Below, piece by piece: positions 13,096-24,920 of a DNA stretch of 64,000 bases. The position numbers and the translations under genes were made by a program. The first letter of the stretch is position 1, and every line of letters begins with the position of its first letter. Below the pieces are notes generated by a model that searched no databases, was not told the DNA's origin, and saw only the letters and a list, made by a program, of their open reading frames with translations. Source of the stretch: Eutreptiella sp. 'Long Island Sound 2002' (Eukaryota > Protista > Euglenida); NCBI GenBank assembly GCA_964036045.1, contig OZ038379.1:57908001-57972000 (forward strand), read 5' to 3'.

Positions 13096-14341
13096 ATGCA
13101 AAAGGTCGCTGCCCATTTCCTTGCCAGTGTCTTTCGTGTGACCCCGTTTTGGGATCTGGAGGTTGATGCAGGGCTACAGAAACGAAAGTACATTCGTGAC
13201 GTTGTGGGCGCTATGCTTGGTGATGACGACATCGTTGTGCGCACAACCGGTAACGGTATAGTGATTGAGTCCAGCAGCCACGATGTGCGCGATGCCGACA
13301 AATAGCATGTCTCCGAGGAAGTGATCCAAGTGTTGCAAACGGCGCACCACATGAGCGTGTACACGCACAACATGTTAAAATTGGAGCGCAATTGCACACA
13401 AAGGGAATTATTGGAGGGGCACAGCAAACTGTTGCCATATGTCGCAACGGCCATGGAGGTTTCATCGGGGGTGGTATCGCGCCAATTCGCCGCTGTATGT
13501 CCACTTCTTGAAGTAGTGCAAAGCCAGCTGACGTTGAGTAGGGCGTGCGGTACGTTTAATGTGCCTCGCCAAGACCGCCTCTTGATTATCCTTTGCGTAG
13601 ATGCCACACAACTGTGGCAGGCATCGGCCACCAAGTGCAACATTCACGTAACCGTTTGGTCAGAGGATGTAGTGGATACAGCCGACGTGCGACGCTGGCC
13701 GACGTGGTGGGCGCTTGATGGTCCGGATGACATGCAACGTGTCCGGGCCATCGACACTCAGGCAAACCTTAATCAGGATGTGTTGGATGTTTTCCCCAAT
13801 GTCGATGTTTGGCACTTGGGGAATCACATCCCCAGTGTATGTGCCTTGACAGGTGATGGCAAAGCCATGCTTTCGGCCAATTATCACAAGGGAAAATGTT
13901 AGGGGCTGCCATTGCATTGATTCCTTGGCACGTGCCAATTCTGTTGCGGCCCAATGCAGGTGGGGCTCATTTTTGAGGGCAATGGGACCATACAACCGCG
14001 CTGGTGACGCGGAGCATAGCTCGTGCCGTATGGCGAACGCGATTGTGAAGCGAGTCAATGAAACGTTGAAAAATTTGATTGAAAACGGTGCACCTGACGT
14101 TGCCCGTGCTGCAAGGGACGAAGGCAAAGCTTTCGTTTTGGAACTTCACAAGTCTTTGGATAAGTTGAAAAACGTTCCTCCAACCACGCGGTTGGCTCCC
14201 TGGCCAACGAAGGCCGAAAATTTTGATATAATAGGTGGCAAAATATTTTTGAAGATAGTGCATTACATGGCCGAGCTGTGGCCGTGTTGCGGGACAACCT
14301 ACCCGACGTGGCCTTTGGTGGCGTTAAATTTTTCCTATTGA
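13096..14341 (+). pseudogene. DDE transposase-like pseudogene (RAG1/Transib/CMC-like motif order)
   Basis: LIILCVDAT (D1), WALDGPDD, VCALTGDGKAM (D2), KC*GCHC, GDAEH (DxxH); ORFs 13096, 13321 and 13853 interrupted by stops. Confidence 0.65.
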
Positions 14342-14834
14342 TGAAGCATGTGATATTATCAATGCATCGAATGCACGCGCTTCGGCGTAAAAGGGATCGG
14401 CTGACGCAGGCCGAACTCAAGGAATTGCAGTCCGCGAGTTAGCGTCTAGGGGAGTGTAGGGGTGAAGTGCAATGTGGTGTGACCAGTTGGGTACATTGGG
14501 TGTGTGTTCACGGCACATCTTTTGCGCGTCGCTTTCGGAGTTTGTACATTTTTCGTAGTATTCTGACGGACTACAGAACCCAACCGTTCAAGCGACATCG
14601 TAAAAACTCGATGCGCGGTTGGTGCCTTCGGCGACCCCCCATCACACGCCTCGGAATGAGGCACCTGGTGCACAACGACGCATTGAGTGTCGGTTTGCAA
14701 TTGTATGAGGCGCGACAAGGCCGCGGTGTGGCCGTTGTCAAGCGACGCAAGCGGCATGTTGACTAGTAACAACATCAATGTGGTGGCACAATGCGATTCA
14801 AGCCCCAGCGAACGCATTTGTGTGCTATTGCCTC

Positions 14835-14976
14835 GGGACAGGAAGGGTCATAGGAAGGGTCTAGGAAGGGGGGTTCTTGCCCAGGAAGGGGTTTAGAGAG
14901 GGGGGGGTTCCTGCCGAGGAACCCCATTAGGAACCCCCCTTCCTGCCCATGAAGGGGGGTTCCTAGGCGGGTTCCT
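14835..14976 (+). repeat. G-rich AGGAA-Gn-TTCCT array 4
   Basis: Begins gggacaggaagggtcataggaaggg and ends ggttcctgcccga, like array 2. Confidence 0.9.
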
Positions 14977-15009
14977 GCCCGAAACGGGGTTTCCAAAAAC
15001 ACCCCTAAA

Positions 15010-16100
15010 TTGGGCATCACCAACTCGGGACGCAATGTCCCCCAAAATAGGCGCCTTGAAGGTGCGGTGTTTGTGTTCAAAGTCTTCGCGTGCCGTTGCA
15101 ACAGCATGTACCTGGTGGTCCTCGCTGCCCGCATGGCAGCCAGCCAGGGGGACCATCCGGGCCATGGGGACTCCCTCTTCCCGGACCAGCCGCGTCCGCT
15201 GGTGCGACTTCGTCGGCCCCCTTCCGGGGGACACAATCCGCCAGCAGCCACGGCTTCGGCCGGGGCTCAGCGGAGCTGGCGGTGGCCCCAGGACTTCATC
15301 CAGGAATGGGTCCGGTGGGCCCGGGCGCTGGCTTGGATGCCGCGGCCGGCGGAAGTCTCCTGAGGTGAGCTGGCCGTGGATTATGAGGCGTTTTTTGGGC
15401 AGGTCTCCCAACCTCCCTAGATCACCAGCTGCGGGGAACGCGCCTGCCGCTGGGGGAGCGAGCCCAAGTCCTACGCAAGGTAGCAGGCCTGACGGAGCGC
15501 CACCCAGTGGCGGGCAGGCTGCTGGGCGGGGCCCCACCGGGGCGCTGCTGCTCACCCCTCCCCCTGGGGGGCCGCTTGTGCGCGGGCCCTTGGCTCGCCG
15601 TTTCTTTGCGGCGCGCCACGTGGTGATGCTGCAGGTTCTGTGCCTGGAGACGCGCTGCGGGGACTCATGGGTCCGGCGCTTGCGCGCGCCTGCCTGCATG
15701 CGGCCGCGGCTGGGCCACCGTTTTCTTATGGACTACTTTCTACGCCCTCTCGCCCCCCCCCCCCTCTCCACGAACACACCCCAAAAGCGTCCCGCTCGTA
15801 GCCCCGCAACGCAGCCGCCCGCCAGGAGCGGGCAGTGGCACCCAGGGCGTGCCCTGCTTGGAGCATGGGGCGCCGTCCCGCGCCAAGTGCAGAAGCTTGG
15901 GCTGCGGCAGCAGCCGCTGCTGCCGGGGGGGCCACGAGGGACACGCCAACCCCGCGGCGGGCCCAGCCTGTCTTAGAGCCCCACCCCGGGTCGCGCCGGG
16001 ACGCCGGGTACTTGTCCATGAGGACCGGTGAGCGGGAGCAGCCGCGCTATCCTCCTCACTGGGGCGGGCCCGCCCGGCCTCCCAAGCCCTCCCAGACTTA
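15010..16100 (+). mobile_element. 3' remnant of a non-LTR retrotransposon
   Basis: SWRWPQDFIQEWVRWARALAW...GELAVDYEAFFG followed by Cys/His cluster PCLEHGAPSRAKCRSLGCGSSRCCRGGH, resembling LINE ORF2 C-termini. Motif recognition only. Confidence 0.5.
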
Positions 16101-17024
16101 GGCCCCCCGGCGACACGCCCGTGTGCGGCCCCTCCTAGAACGCCGGGCACCCGTCTCTCCTTGGCATTGGGGCCAGAAGGCCCCGGGCCCTCGAAGCGCT
16201 AGGCGCCTCACGTCCTGGCTGAACGGTGGGGCTGGGTAGATGAGAGGCCGCCGCGATCGGGTGGGGGGGGGGACGCTGACCCTTTGTCCCCCCCGCCACC
16301 GGCCGGAGGGGACGGTGGCCCCGGGCCGATGCCGGCAGACACCTCCGCCCCCAATGATTCCACGGGGATGCGACCCGCACCGCGGAACCCCCCCCCCCCC
16401 AGAAGAAGAGCACCCCCCCACCACCACCGCAGGCGTCACTCCCTGACGTTTTCAGCCGCATCTCGGCGGCCTACAACTCATGTTGCGGCTGAGAGGGGTT
16501 GTACGCCCAATGACACCAGGGAGCCGGGAGGTACTTCCCTTGGTGTTGTACGGATAGGCTTTATTATATATAAATTTTATAGATTTGAAACACCCTGAAT
16601 TTATGGCCGCCCCGAACTTGATTCCAACCCCCCCGCCCTTCTCCAAAAGCACGTCCTTCACGCCATGTTTATTGACCCATGCACGGGCCACATACCCTTT
16701 TTGCTTGCATTCACCCAACAAATCGTGGTGGTCCGCAGTGATGCAACAAAATTCTACACGAAGTTTAGTGGTGTAGTCAACACTACACTATCTCATAAGT
16801 TCCTTAAATATACATGACGGCAGGGCTTTTAGGGCCTGTGCCCGGTTGGGCACCCCTATTGCATTCACAGTTTTGGGCAACTCCCACCATGTTATCATAT
16901 GTGTGCGACGAGGCACACAGCCCGCAAGAAGGAACCACAATCCCTCAAAATCAATTAGACTTATCTCTAAGTAGCCGGCACGGAAGTCACCAGTCATTTC
17001 CATGCCTAAGACAGGCTTCATTAA

Positions 17025-17995
17025 AAATTCTATTGCCTTTGGCAAGGTACCTCGAAGAGGGGAAGGGGGCGACCGAGGCTGGAAAAGGGCATAAGCGGGT
17101 TGTGCCCCAGCCCACTTGGGAGCTCCGCCCCCCCAACACTCAAATATGGGGGGAAACACATAAAGAAGGGCTAAAGCATGCTTTACATAGGAAATTTCAT
17201 TATTTTGGATGGTCAAAAGATCAAAAAAATCAATTTCGGAGATTTCCATTTTTGAGTTGCCAAGGCTGGAAAACTGCATAATGAGGTTGTGCCCAAGCCC
17301 CCTTGGGACCCCCCCCCCCCGGTCGGAACACCCTAATAGGGTGAGAAACACATAAAGAGGGGCTAAAACATGCTTTACATAGGATATTTGATCATTTTGG
17401 ATGGTGAAGTTATCAAAAAAACGCGTGTCCGAAATTCTATTGCCTTCGGCAAGTCCACGTCACAGAGAATATACCCCAAGCAAAACACACCCAACATAGG
17501 GTAAAAACTACGTAAATACGGGCTAAAACATGCTTTAAATATCTTGGATGGTCATTTCAGGTGCTGACCGTGTCAAACAAGAAACCAGTTTCGATAACTT
17601 CAATTTTTTGAGCTCTCCAGAGTGAAAAACTGCATAAGCAGCCTGAAACCTGCTTTACATACCTTGGATGGCCATGTTAGTTCATCACAATATCAAAAAA
17701 ATAGCTTTTGAAAACTTCGATTTTTGAGTTGCCTAGGGTGAAAAACTGCATAAGCAGGTTGTGTACGAATCCCTTGGGAGACCCCCCCCCCCGCCGGATC
17801 TAATGCCCAAATATGGTGAAAAACACGTAAATACGCCCTAAAACAGGCTTTACATACCTTGGATGGTCATATTGCGTGGCCACAATATCACAAAACCAAG
17901 TGTCGAAAATTGTATTGCCTTCGGCAAGTCCAGCTTGCACACAATCCACTCCAAGCAACACACACCCAAAATAGGCTAAAAACCACATAAATACG
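17025..17995 (-). repeat. Hairpin-terminated AT-rich repeat family, three stacked copies with internal tandem units
   Basis: aaattctattgccttcggcaag at 17025, 17432 and 17907; internal units ttttgagttgcc...gaaaaactgcata, aaatacggc, catgctttacatac...ggatggtcat. Confidence 0.85.
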
Positions 17996-18589
17996 GCATT
18001 CGTCTATTAGTGTCCGCTGGCCTATGTACAGAGGCACAGGGGCGGGGAGGTGGCCCGAGTCGAGTTTAGGCGCCCGTGGCCTCCCCTACAACCCCCCGCC
18101 CGTGTCCGCACGGCGGCCAGGAGGGACAAGCAGAAGGGGATTAGGTCTCTTCCGTGGGAGCCCTACCGTGCTGCAGCCGTGGCGGCAGTGTCGACTGGGA
18201 TGGCGAAGGCGCTCAGGGCACGTTCGCCACTGGGCCACATGAGCTCCCCCCGGCGGCCCCAGCCGCAGCGTGCTGGGGGGGGGGGGGGGGCTACGCGGAG
18301 CATGTCCACTACTGACGTGGTGGCCTGTGGCTGAGGCCGCCTCCGACCCCTGGGCGGGGATCGACGCTGTGGTAATGCTCGGCTACTCAAAGGTATAGCC
18401 CATGTCGCTAGAAGGTACAACCATGGATCACGAGGGCTGGTATTCCCACCATAGTAAGCCGAAGTCATGTCGCACATGCATTTTCAACATGGTCTTTGGT
18501 TGCAAACGCATCTGATTGCTAATGGGTCAACAAAATCAAATCACCTTGCACACGTTGTTCGATCAAAGCCAGGCAAGCGTATATAGGGG

Positions 18590-19737
18590 GAAACGCCACA
18601 TACCCCCCAATTTGGGCCTTTTTGGGCCTCTTCGCGTAACCCAAGCCAAGGGGTTGAATTGTTAGTTTCACCCCTAGTAAAATCATTATTTTGTCCAATA
18701 AACGCATCCCCCAATGAGTTTTCAGTCCGGACCCCCCCCCCCCCGACCCCCCCCCCACTTGAAACCCACTTTTTTGAAGTTTTGAGAGAGGTGGGGGGGG
18801 GGTGGAGGGGGTGCGGGGGTCAAAAATCGAACCCCCCCTTTTTTGGGTCGAAAATCATGAATCTTTTGGTTTTCTTTCGATTTTGAGCCGAAAAATTGTT
18901 TCCAGGTCCCGACTCCATGGGGTTTGTATGGGGCGGAGTGGGACGAGCGCTGCTGCGGTTTACGCACTTTTTAGCCATTTTTGGTATGTTGGCGGTTTTA
19001 GCGACCTAGGTGACCCCTGGTACGCACTGTGAGGGGTGTGAGTGGGCATGTTGTGATAGTTTTTGCCTACTAGCATACGAAAGGACGTTCTTTGCAGTCC
19101 GTAGCCTTGCCGAGGGCCGGTCAATGCCGCGCCAAAGACGCGAAACGACTATTTCCACCAACAATCGCGTAGTGAATGGGCTAGTACACAACCTGCTTAT
19201 GCAGTTTTTCACTCTAGGCAGCTCAAAAATCGAGTTTCGGAAACTTGTTTTTTTGATACCATGATCACTTAAAATGAGCATCCAAGGTATGTAAACCATG
19301 TTTTAGGCCGTATTTACATGTTTTTCGGTATTAGGTCCGGGGGGGGGGGTCTCCGAAGGGATGGGTTCACAACCTACTAATGGGGCAGCTCAAAAATCGA
19401 AGTTTTGGAAACTTGTTTTGATGATATTTGGATCACCTAAAATGACCATCCAAGGTGCGTAAAGCATGTTATAGGCTGTATTTATGTTTTTTTCACCCTA
19501 TTTGGTAATGCGTGGGGGGCTCCCAAGGGATGGGTACACAACCTGCTCATGCTGTTTTTCACCCTAGGCAACTCAAAATCGAACTTTTGGAATTTTTTTT
19601 TTGATATTGTGATCACTGAAAATGACCATCCCAGGTATGTAAAGCATTTTTCAGGCCGTATTTATGTCGTTTTTTCCCTTTTGCGTTGCTTGGGGTAGAT
19701 TCTCTGCGAGGTGGACTTACCGAAGGTAGTAGAATTT
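18590..19737 (+). repeat. Hairpin-terminated repeat family copy, inverted relative to 17025-17995
   Basis: 19170-19737 is the reverse complement of the 17430-17850 units; 18690-18830 is homologous to 60840-60975; ends cttaccgaaggtagtagaattt. Left boundary approximate. Confidence 0.8.
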
Positions 19738-20444
19738 CCACCTACATCTTTTCACAACAACATCTACTTGTGGTGGTTCTAGACGCCTTCGGAGGAAAGA
19801 GGACATCACCAGGGGGTAGCTGAGCCGATGCCTTGTCTGTTGCATGGCCGGGGTTGTGTGCAATGTGCCTATGGAGAATGTCACAGTTGAGATGCATTGG
19901 AGCGACTGATGCCCGCTAGAAGAAGTCACGTGCATGCCAATACACACATTTGGGGAGTGCGTGGCCTAGGGATTCACCCCAACACCTCCAAAGCGCACAA
20001 ACTAGTTGAGGCGAGGGCGGCCAAATTCGGCATGATTCACTTCAACCGTGTTTCCAAGGGTGAGCAATTGCCCGGTTGTTCATGGTAGTGCGAAGGGTAA
20101 TGACTAGTTGCAGGTGCAACGGGCGGATGGGGGGCACAAGTCGCGGCCTTGTCACTCCCATGTCCTCTGGTAGCGGTGGACGGAGGAGCTGCAGGGCCAT
20201 GCCCAACGGTGTTGTTTGATGTCACCTAGTTTGTGCAAGTGAAGCCACAACAGTGCCACCGCCACAAGGGTGTAAGCGATCTAGCTTTTGCAAGGTTTCA
20301 CACTAGTGGTACATACCTTCACATCAAAGTTTACTATCACTCAAAAAGGCGCGAATCGCAAGACAACAATCAAGAAAACCACATTGCTCACGCAACTCGG
20401 CACTTTTACTGTGTTATTTTTTTCCAACATGGGTGTGCAGGTGC

Positions 20445-21130
20445 GAAGGTGTCTAGAACTAGACGCACGGCTTCAAAATCACACCCCATGGTGCAACATC
20501 CATCTCATTAGATGTGTCTAAACCCACTCATCCATCTGAAAACAAGTGGGTGGAAACGTCTGACTAGGATAATGCGTCTAGAAACAGGCGGGACTATGAA
20601 AATGACTGGTGGGGACCTGTCTCCGTTGCTCATGATGGGGGTGTCGTATTATCTAGACCCATACATATTCATGAAGAAGCACTTGCCATACTACGTGTTT
20701 TCATCGGATGTGTCTAGAACCACAACGTTGAGAAAAGGTGGGTGGGTACTCTTTTCCGTTGGTCAATGGATGTGTCCAGAACCAAACACTGTTGTGATAC
20801 TTAGTGGTTGACATTTGTTTGCCGTGGCGGGGTAGGGGGGCCATGTTGTGTAGAACCAAACACACCACTGTACAATTGCATGCACTACGGCTTTTCATTC
20901 GATGTGTCTGAACCCGATATCCCCTTCGGAAAGCATGGGTGGAAACGTTTTCCGTGGACCACATCAATGCATCTAGAACTAGATGCCGCCATGAAATCGG
21001 ACGTGTGGAAATTTGTTTCCGCTGACTTGTGACGCTTTCAAATGTGGCGTTGAGGAACACATTCAACCCCATATCGCCACCTCTTGTAGATGTGTTTTGC
21101 TTCCGCAACATCCAGAACCAAACAGCCATG
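20445..21130. repeat. Degenerate tandem repeat (gatgtgtctagaac core, about 60-70 bp period)
   Basis: Core recurs near 20450, 20510, 20573, 20707, 20770, 20847, 20900 and 20968. Confidence 0.6.
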
Positions 21131-21399
21131 GTAAGTTCCCATACTCTAAGGGGAGCGTGTGTGGGTCCACACACTTCATCCTGTGTTTTGCTTGCCGGGC
21201 CAGTGTTTTGGATGTGATCAAAGATGAGTTGTCTGCCTCAACACACCTTGTTGCTAAATCATGCCTTAGAAACCGTTCATGTGACGTTTTTTTATGGTTC
21301 CAACCACTTTGGTGAACAATTGCATCGCATTTGCATATGAAATTTCGCCCTTTCATGTTGTTGCGCATCGCTGGTACATGGTGCAATGTGGCCGAAATG

Positions 21400-22130
21400 G
21401 GGCCACATGACAAAAAACAAGCCAAAAGTTGCAGTGTGCATGCAAGGTTTGCCCGAAGCAACATTCCCTAAAAACATGCCAAAGCTGATGTTCTCACACA
21501 TTAATGTCCCAAAATGGAACCTTCCCAAAAAGGGCAAAGAATTTAGCTTTGTGCAATCTTATTCTTGCCCAACTACCAGAGGCACCAAAACCGGTTGTGT
21601 CGGGTGGGCTGGGCAATTTGGGGAGTGTAATTTCTTTGAGGTCCCTGAGATTGGTCTAGTTGACCATTTGGTGACAGTAACCAAGACCAATGGTGACCCA
21701 AGTCGTGGCTAGGCCCATGTAGCATGGGTCCTGGCCCGCCGGAAACCCCAAAATTTTTGCTGTCCGGTTTGGTTAGTGGCACCCGATGTTTTTGGATCCG
21801 TGGCCTTTTTGCGAAATCGCTTTGTAGCCCCTCCGATGCGTTTAGGTTATCATTCAATGACAGTACGGGTACTTTTGCATGAAAGCCCTTATATTGCTAC
21901 TGTGTAGGGAAATTTAGTGGCACCTCAAAATGTCCGACAACGTGACATTTCCGAACGCATTTTGTTACCATAGGTTGGTGTGATTCTTTTGTGACAATGC
22001 CGGTTCTTGAGGACCTATAGGGACCTACATAGTGGCCGCTAGGCTCTTCTATCACCTTTGTTCGAGGTGCCTTGCCAAAGGGAATACTCTTAGGCGTCGG
22101 GAAATGATTTGTGTTTCCATGCGGGAAGGG
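21400..22130 (-). pseudogene. Merlin/IS1016-like (ISXO2) transposase pseudogene
   Basis: Minus-strand reading gives AFGNVTLSD, PNRTAKIL (vpnR.a.TL), IGLGYCHQMVN (GY.H..VNH) and a downstream W...R, in the Merlin order; several stops. Confidence 0.55.
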
Positions 22131-23199
22131 TGTTCTATGTTGGTGGTAGATTGAATGACACACGATCTAGGTACTAACATTTTCTCGAGCCACGACAAAT
22201 GCTAATTACGACCTCACTTTCGAGGATTTCAAAATCCAAAAATAAGGGGGCGGGCTTTTTTTGCACCCTGCGAACCAAAAAACCGTGCGTGTAAACGAGG
22301 GGGGGGGGGGGCATTTGCTAGGTCATTGATATCCATTGCACTGTAGCGCTTTTTTTTCTCTTTTTTCAAATTGCTTGCTCGACAAATAGTTTTAGAGGTG
22401 TTTCACAACCAATTTCCCAACGCGGGTTGCCGCGCACTTTTGAATTTTTTTCGAAGTGTTGGGCCCTTCTCTATGTTGCGCACCTGTCCTTCAGGAGACC
22501 CGATGCTGATGGATCATGCATCACTGATATGGTGGGAATTTGCATGAATTGTTGGATCGCACTGCGGTGCGGCACAAGTTTTGTCTGAGAAGTGGATGTG
22601 TGTGTGCATTTGTATGCATTTGTTTTTGGGGTACAGTGATTGATGTTTAAATTGTCATGTAACGTGATCCAAACAGGGTTGATTTTCTTTGTGACGGCGA
22701 TGGTCATAGGTTGCATGAAACTCCACTAACCTTGATTTTGGTTTCGTCTTCTCCATGTGTGACAGGTGTGCATGAACCAAGTATTGAGACAATGTCGGAG
22801 CCATTGGTTAAAAAGACAAAAAAAAACCCTTACGAGTTGTGGGGGATGAAAAACTAGGCTCTTTTTATCCGGTTTTAGGGGTTAGATTTTCTATTTTTAG
22901 AGTTTGTGCATAAACGGCCGCCTAAGATAAAACTGCAGTTTTACCTTGCTTGCGAAGGGTTCCAAAATTTTGCCATATGAACATCAAGAGATCTAATGTT
23001 GCACCCATGAACAATAATGTTACAATTTAACTCGTATCATCCACTTTCAAAGTAAACCACCCCATGAAATAAAATCACGAAGAAAACAATCACGCATGTA
23101 GCATTTCATTGCAAAGGATAGCAATAAAACCATGCATTAGCTGTTGCAAGTCAACCGCTACAAACGGCAACCAATCCTGGCACCCTTGACGCGTTCAAA

Positions 23200-24920
23200 T
23201 GTTCCTCAAACTTTTCAAGGCCTCTGTAACATTGACGCAACTATTGTTATACTTCGTATCTTCATCATTTTGGTTTATTCGAACGGTAGCCCGACCGCTA
23301 GCACCCAAACCCAAAACCACAGCCATCGCAAAGCCAGTTCCGGAGGAAAGGGCCATTGCAAAGGTCTTTGGCGTGACGTAAAGATTTGTGCAACACACAA
23401 TGCGGTGTCTTTGCCGTCCTCGTATAGCCAACCGGTGTGTGCATTTTTGCATGCAGACGCATTGAGCTTCCCGCCACCCTCAACCATTTGGTTGTATAGA
23501 GCATGACGTTCTTCGCTATGACGGGCCACCATGGCATATCAATTGCTTGGAAATGCATGGCTAGCACAGCGGGGCTAGTTGCATACCGTTTACAAGTGCT
23601 ACGGAAAGCATCGAAGGCAGTAGGATAAATGTGGGCACTCACGGAATCCTGCACCACATGTGCCTCCCCGGCGACATTTTGCAAAGGTGTCACCAAATAA
23701 TAAGTGAAAGCATCTCGCATACACACAAAATTGATCACTTTTGTTGAGTTCATTCAAGATTACCAAGACATTGTTGCGTCACTCAGGAACTTTGGTGAAT
23801 GCGGCTTAGTACAATAGCATAGTTCAAATGGAAAGCGACACAATTGTCCTGCTCTTTGCTTACCCCAAGGAGTGCAATCAAAGTCGCCGTCCACCTAAAA
23901 GGTTTTTCATCTATATGAATTACCACATTTTGAGGGCCTTTATGCTCCAAGCTGGCCCCGTGAGTCATCAAACCGGCCAATGAGCAAGAAGTCTCATCAA
24001 AGTGTACCCAAGCCTTCTATGTGATTGGTTGCAGAGACACGTACGTCAAAACCAACTTGTTCAACAACTTGCTCGGGACTTGGTACAGCAACGCCTTCAA
24101 GAAATGGTGCAGCATCTCGTTAAGGTTTTGGTGGAGCAACTGGTTTAGGAACTAGTGCAGCAACCCATTCAATTTCATTGGTAAAACACCTGATTGGACG
24201 AAGTAGCTCCGCAACTGGTTCTACAATTGGTTCATCACCTTGTACAACAAGATGTTTAGCAACTAGGCTTCTAACAGTGGGGTCCATGTGAGTCGCCGCC
24301 CGTTGAACTTGTAGTAACAGAAAATCCACCCCATTTCAGCGGCCCAACAATCATTGACGTCCGGCCCAACAACTGTCTCATGCATAAGCAAGTAGATAAT
24401 GAGAATCAGCATCCATGGTGTCCCACTCAAGCATAAACAACTTGGACTGCCTCGGGTGCACCGTTGCGAAGCGTTTTCTGTTGGAGGGGGACTGGGGCCC
24501 AATGTGGGCCGAAGTACAGTTCGAGGTGGGGAGTCACAAATTGGTCCGGTCTTTCAACAACATTTTCAACGTTGAGTCTGCAGAGGCTCAACGCCGCACG
24601 CCACAAATGCCCCAGCGATGGTAGTCGAAGCCCGGCAATTCGACTTGTCTCACCGAGGCACTTATGCGCTAGGAGGTGGAGAGGCTGGCCGCGCAGATTT
24701 GGCTGTTCGCAGATTTCTACCACATGGCCCAGCCCTAGTGAATGTGTCGCAGGATGCAGCTAACAAGTTTGACCATACCGAAGCGTGCCGGGTACCCTCT
24801 GTTCCGCCTCCTGGTGATTGGTAGGTGCCTTGGTACCATCTTTGCACTTTCTTTGTTTTGTCATGCGAATACCGGATCGCAGTCCAAGCTGGCTCGGCAT
24901 TCGGCGAGGTGAGCGACACA
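23200..24920 (-). pseudogene. DDE transposase-like pseudogene (same broad family; retains C-terminal region)
   Basis: LGHLWRAAL, CLSG-TPWMLILI...FCYY, then AFRSTCKRYA...MHFQ...WLRVAGS, resembling the RAG1 C-terminal helix-H-GS pattern; heavily frameshifted. Confidence 0.45.

Noticed and set aside
8543-14976. G-arrays as Ngaro/VIPER split direct repeats (A1-B1-A2-B2)
   Set aside because: The alternation fits, but no gag, RT or tyrosine recombinase lies between them.
14893-15976. 268 aa and 313 aa ORFs as real genes
   Set aside because: GC-rich stop-poor frames; the motif-bearing frame is the interrupted LINE C-terminus.
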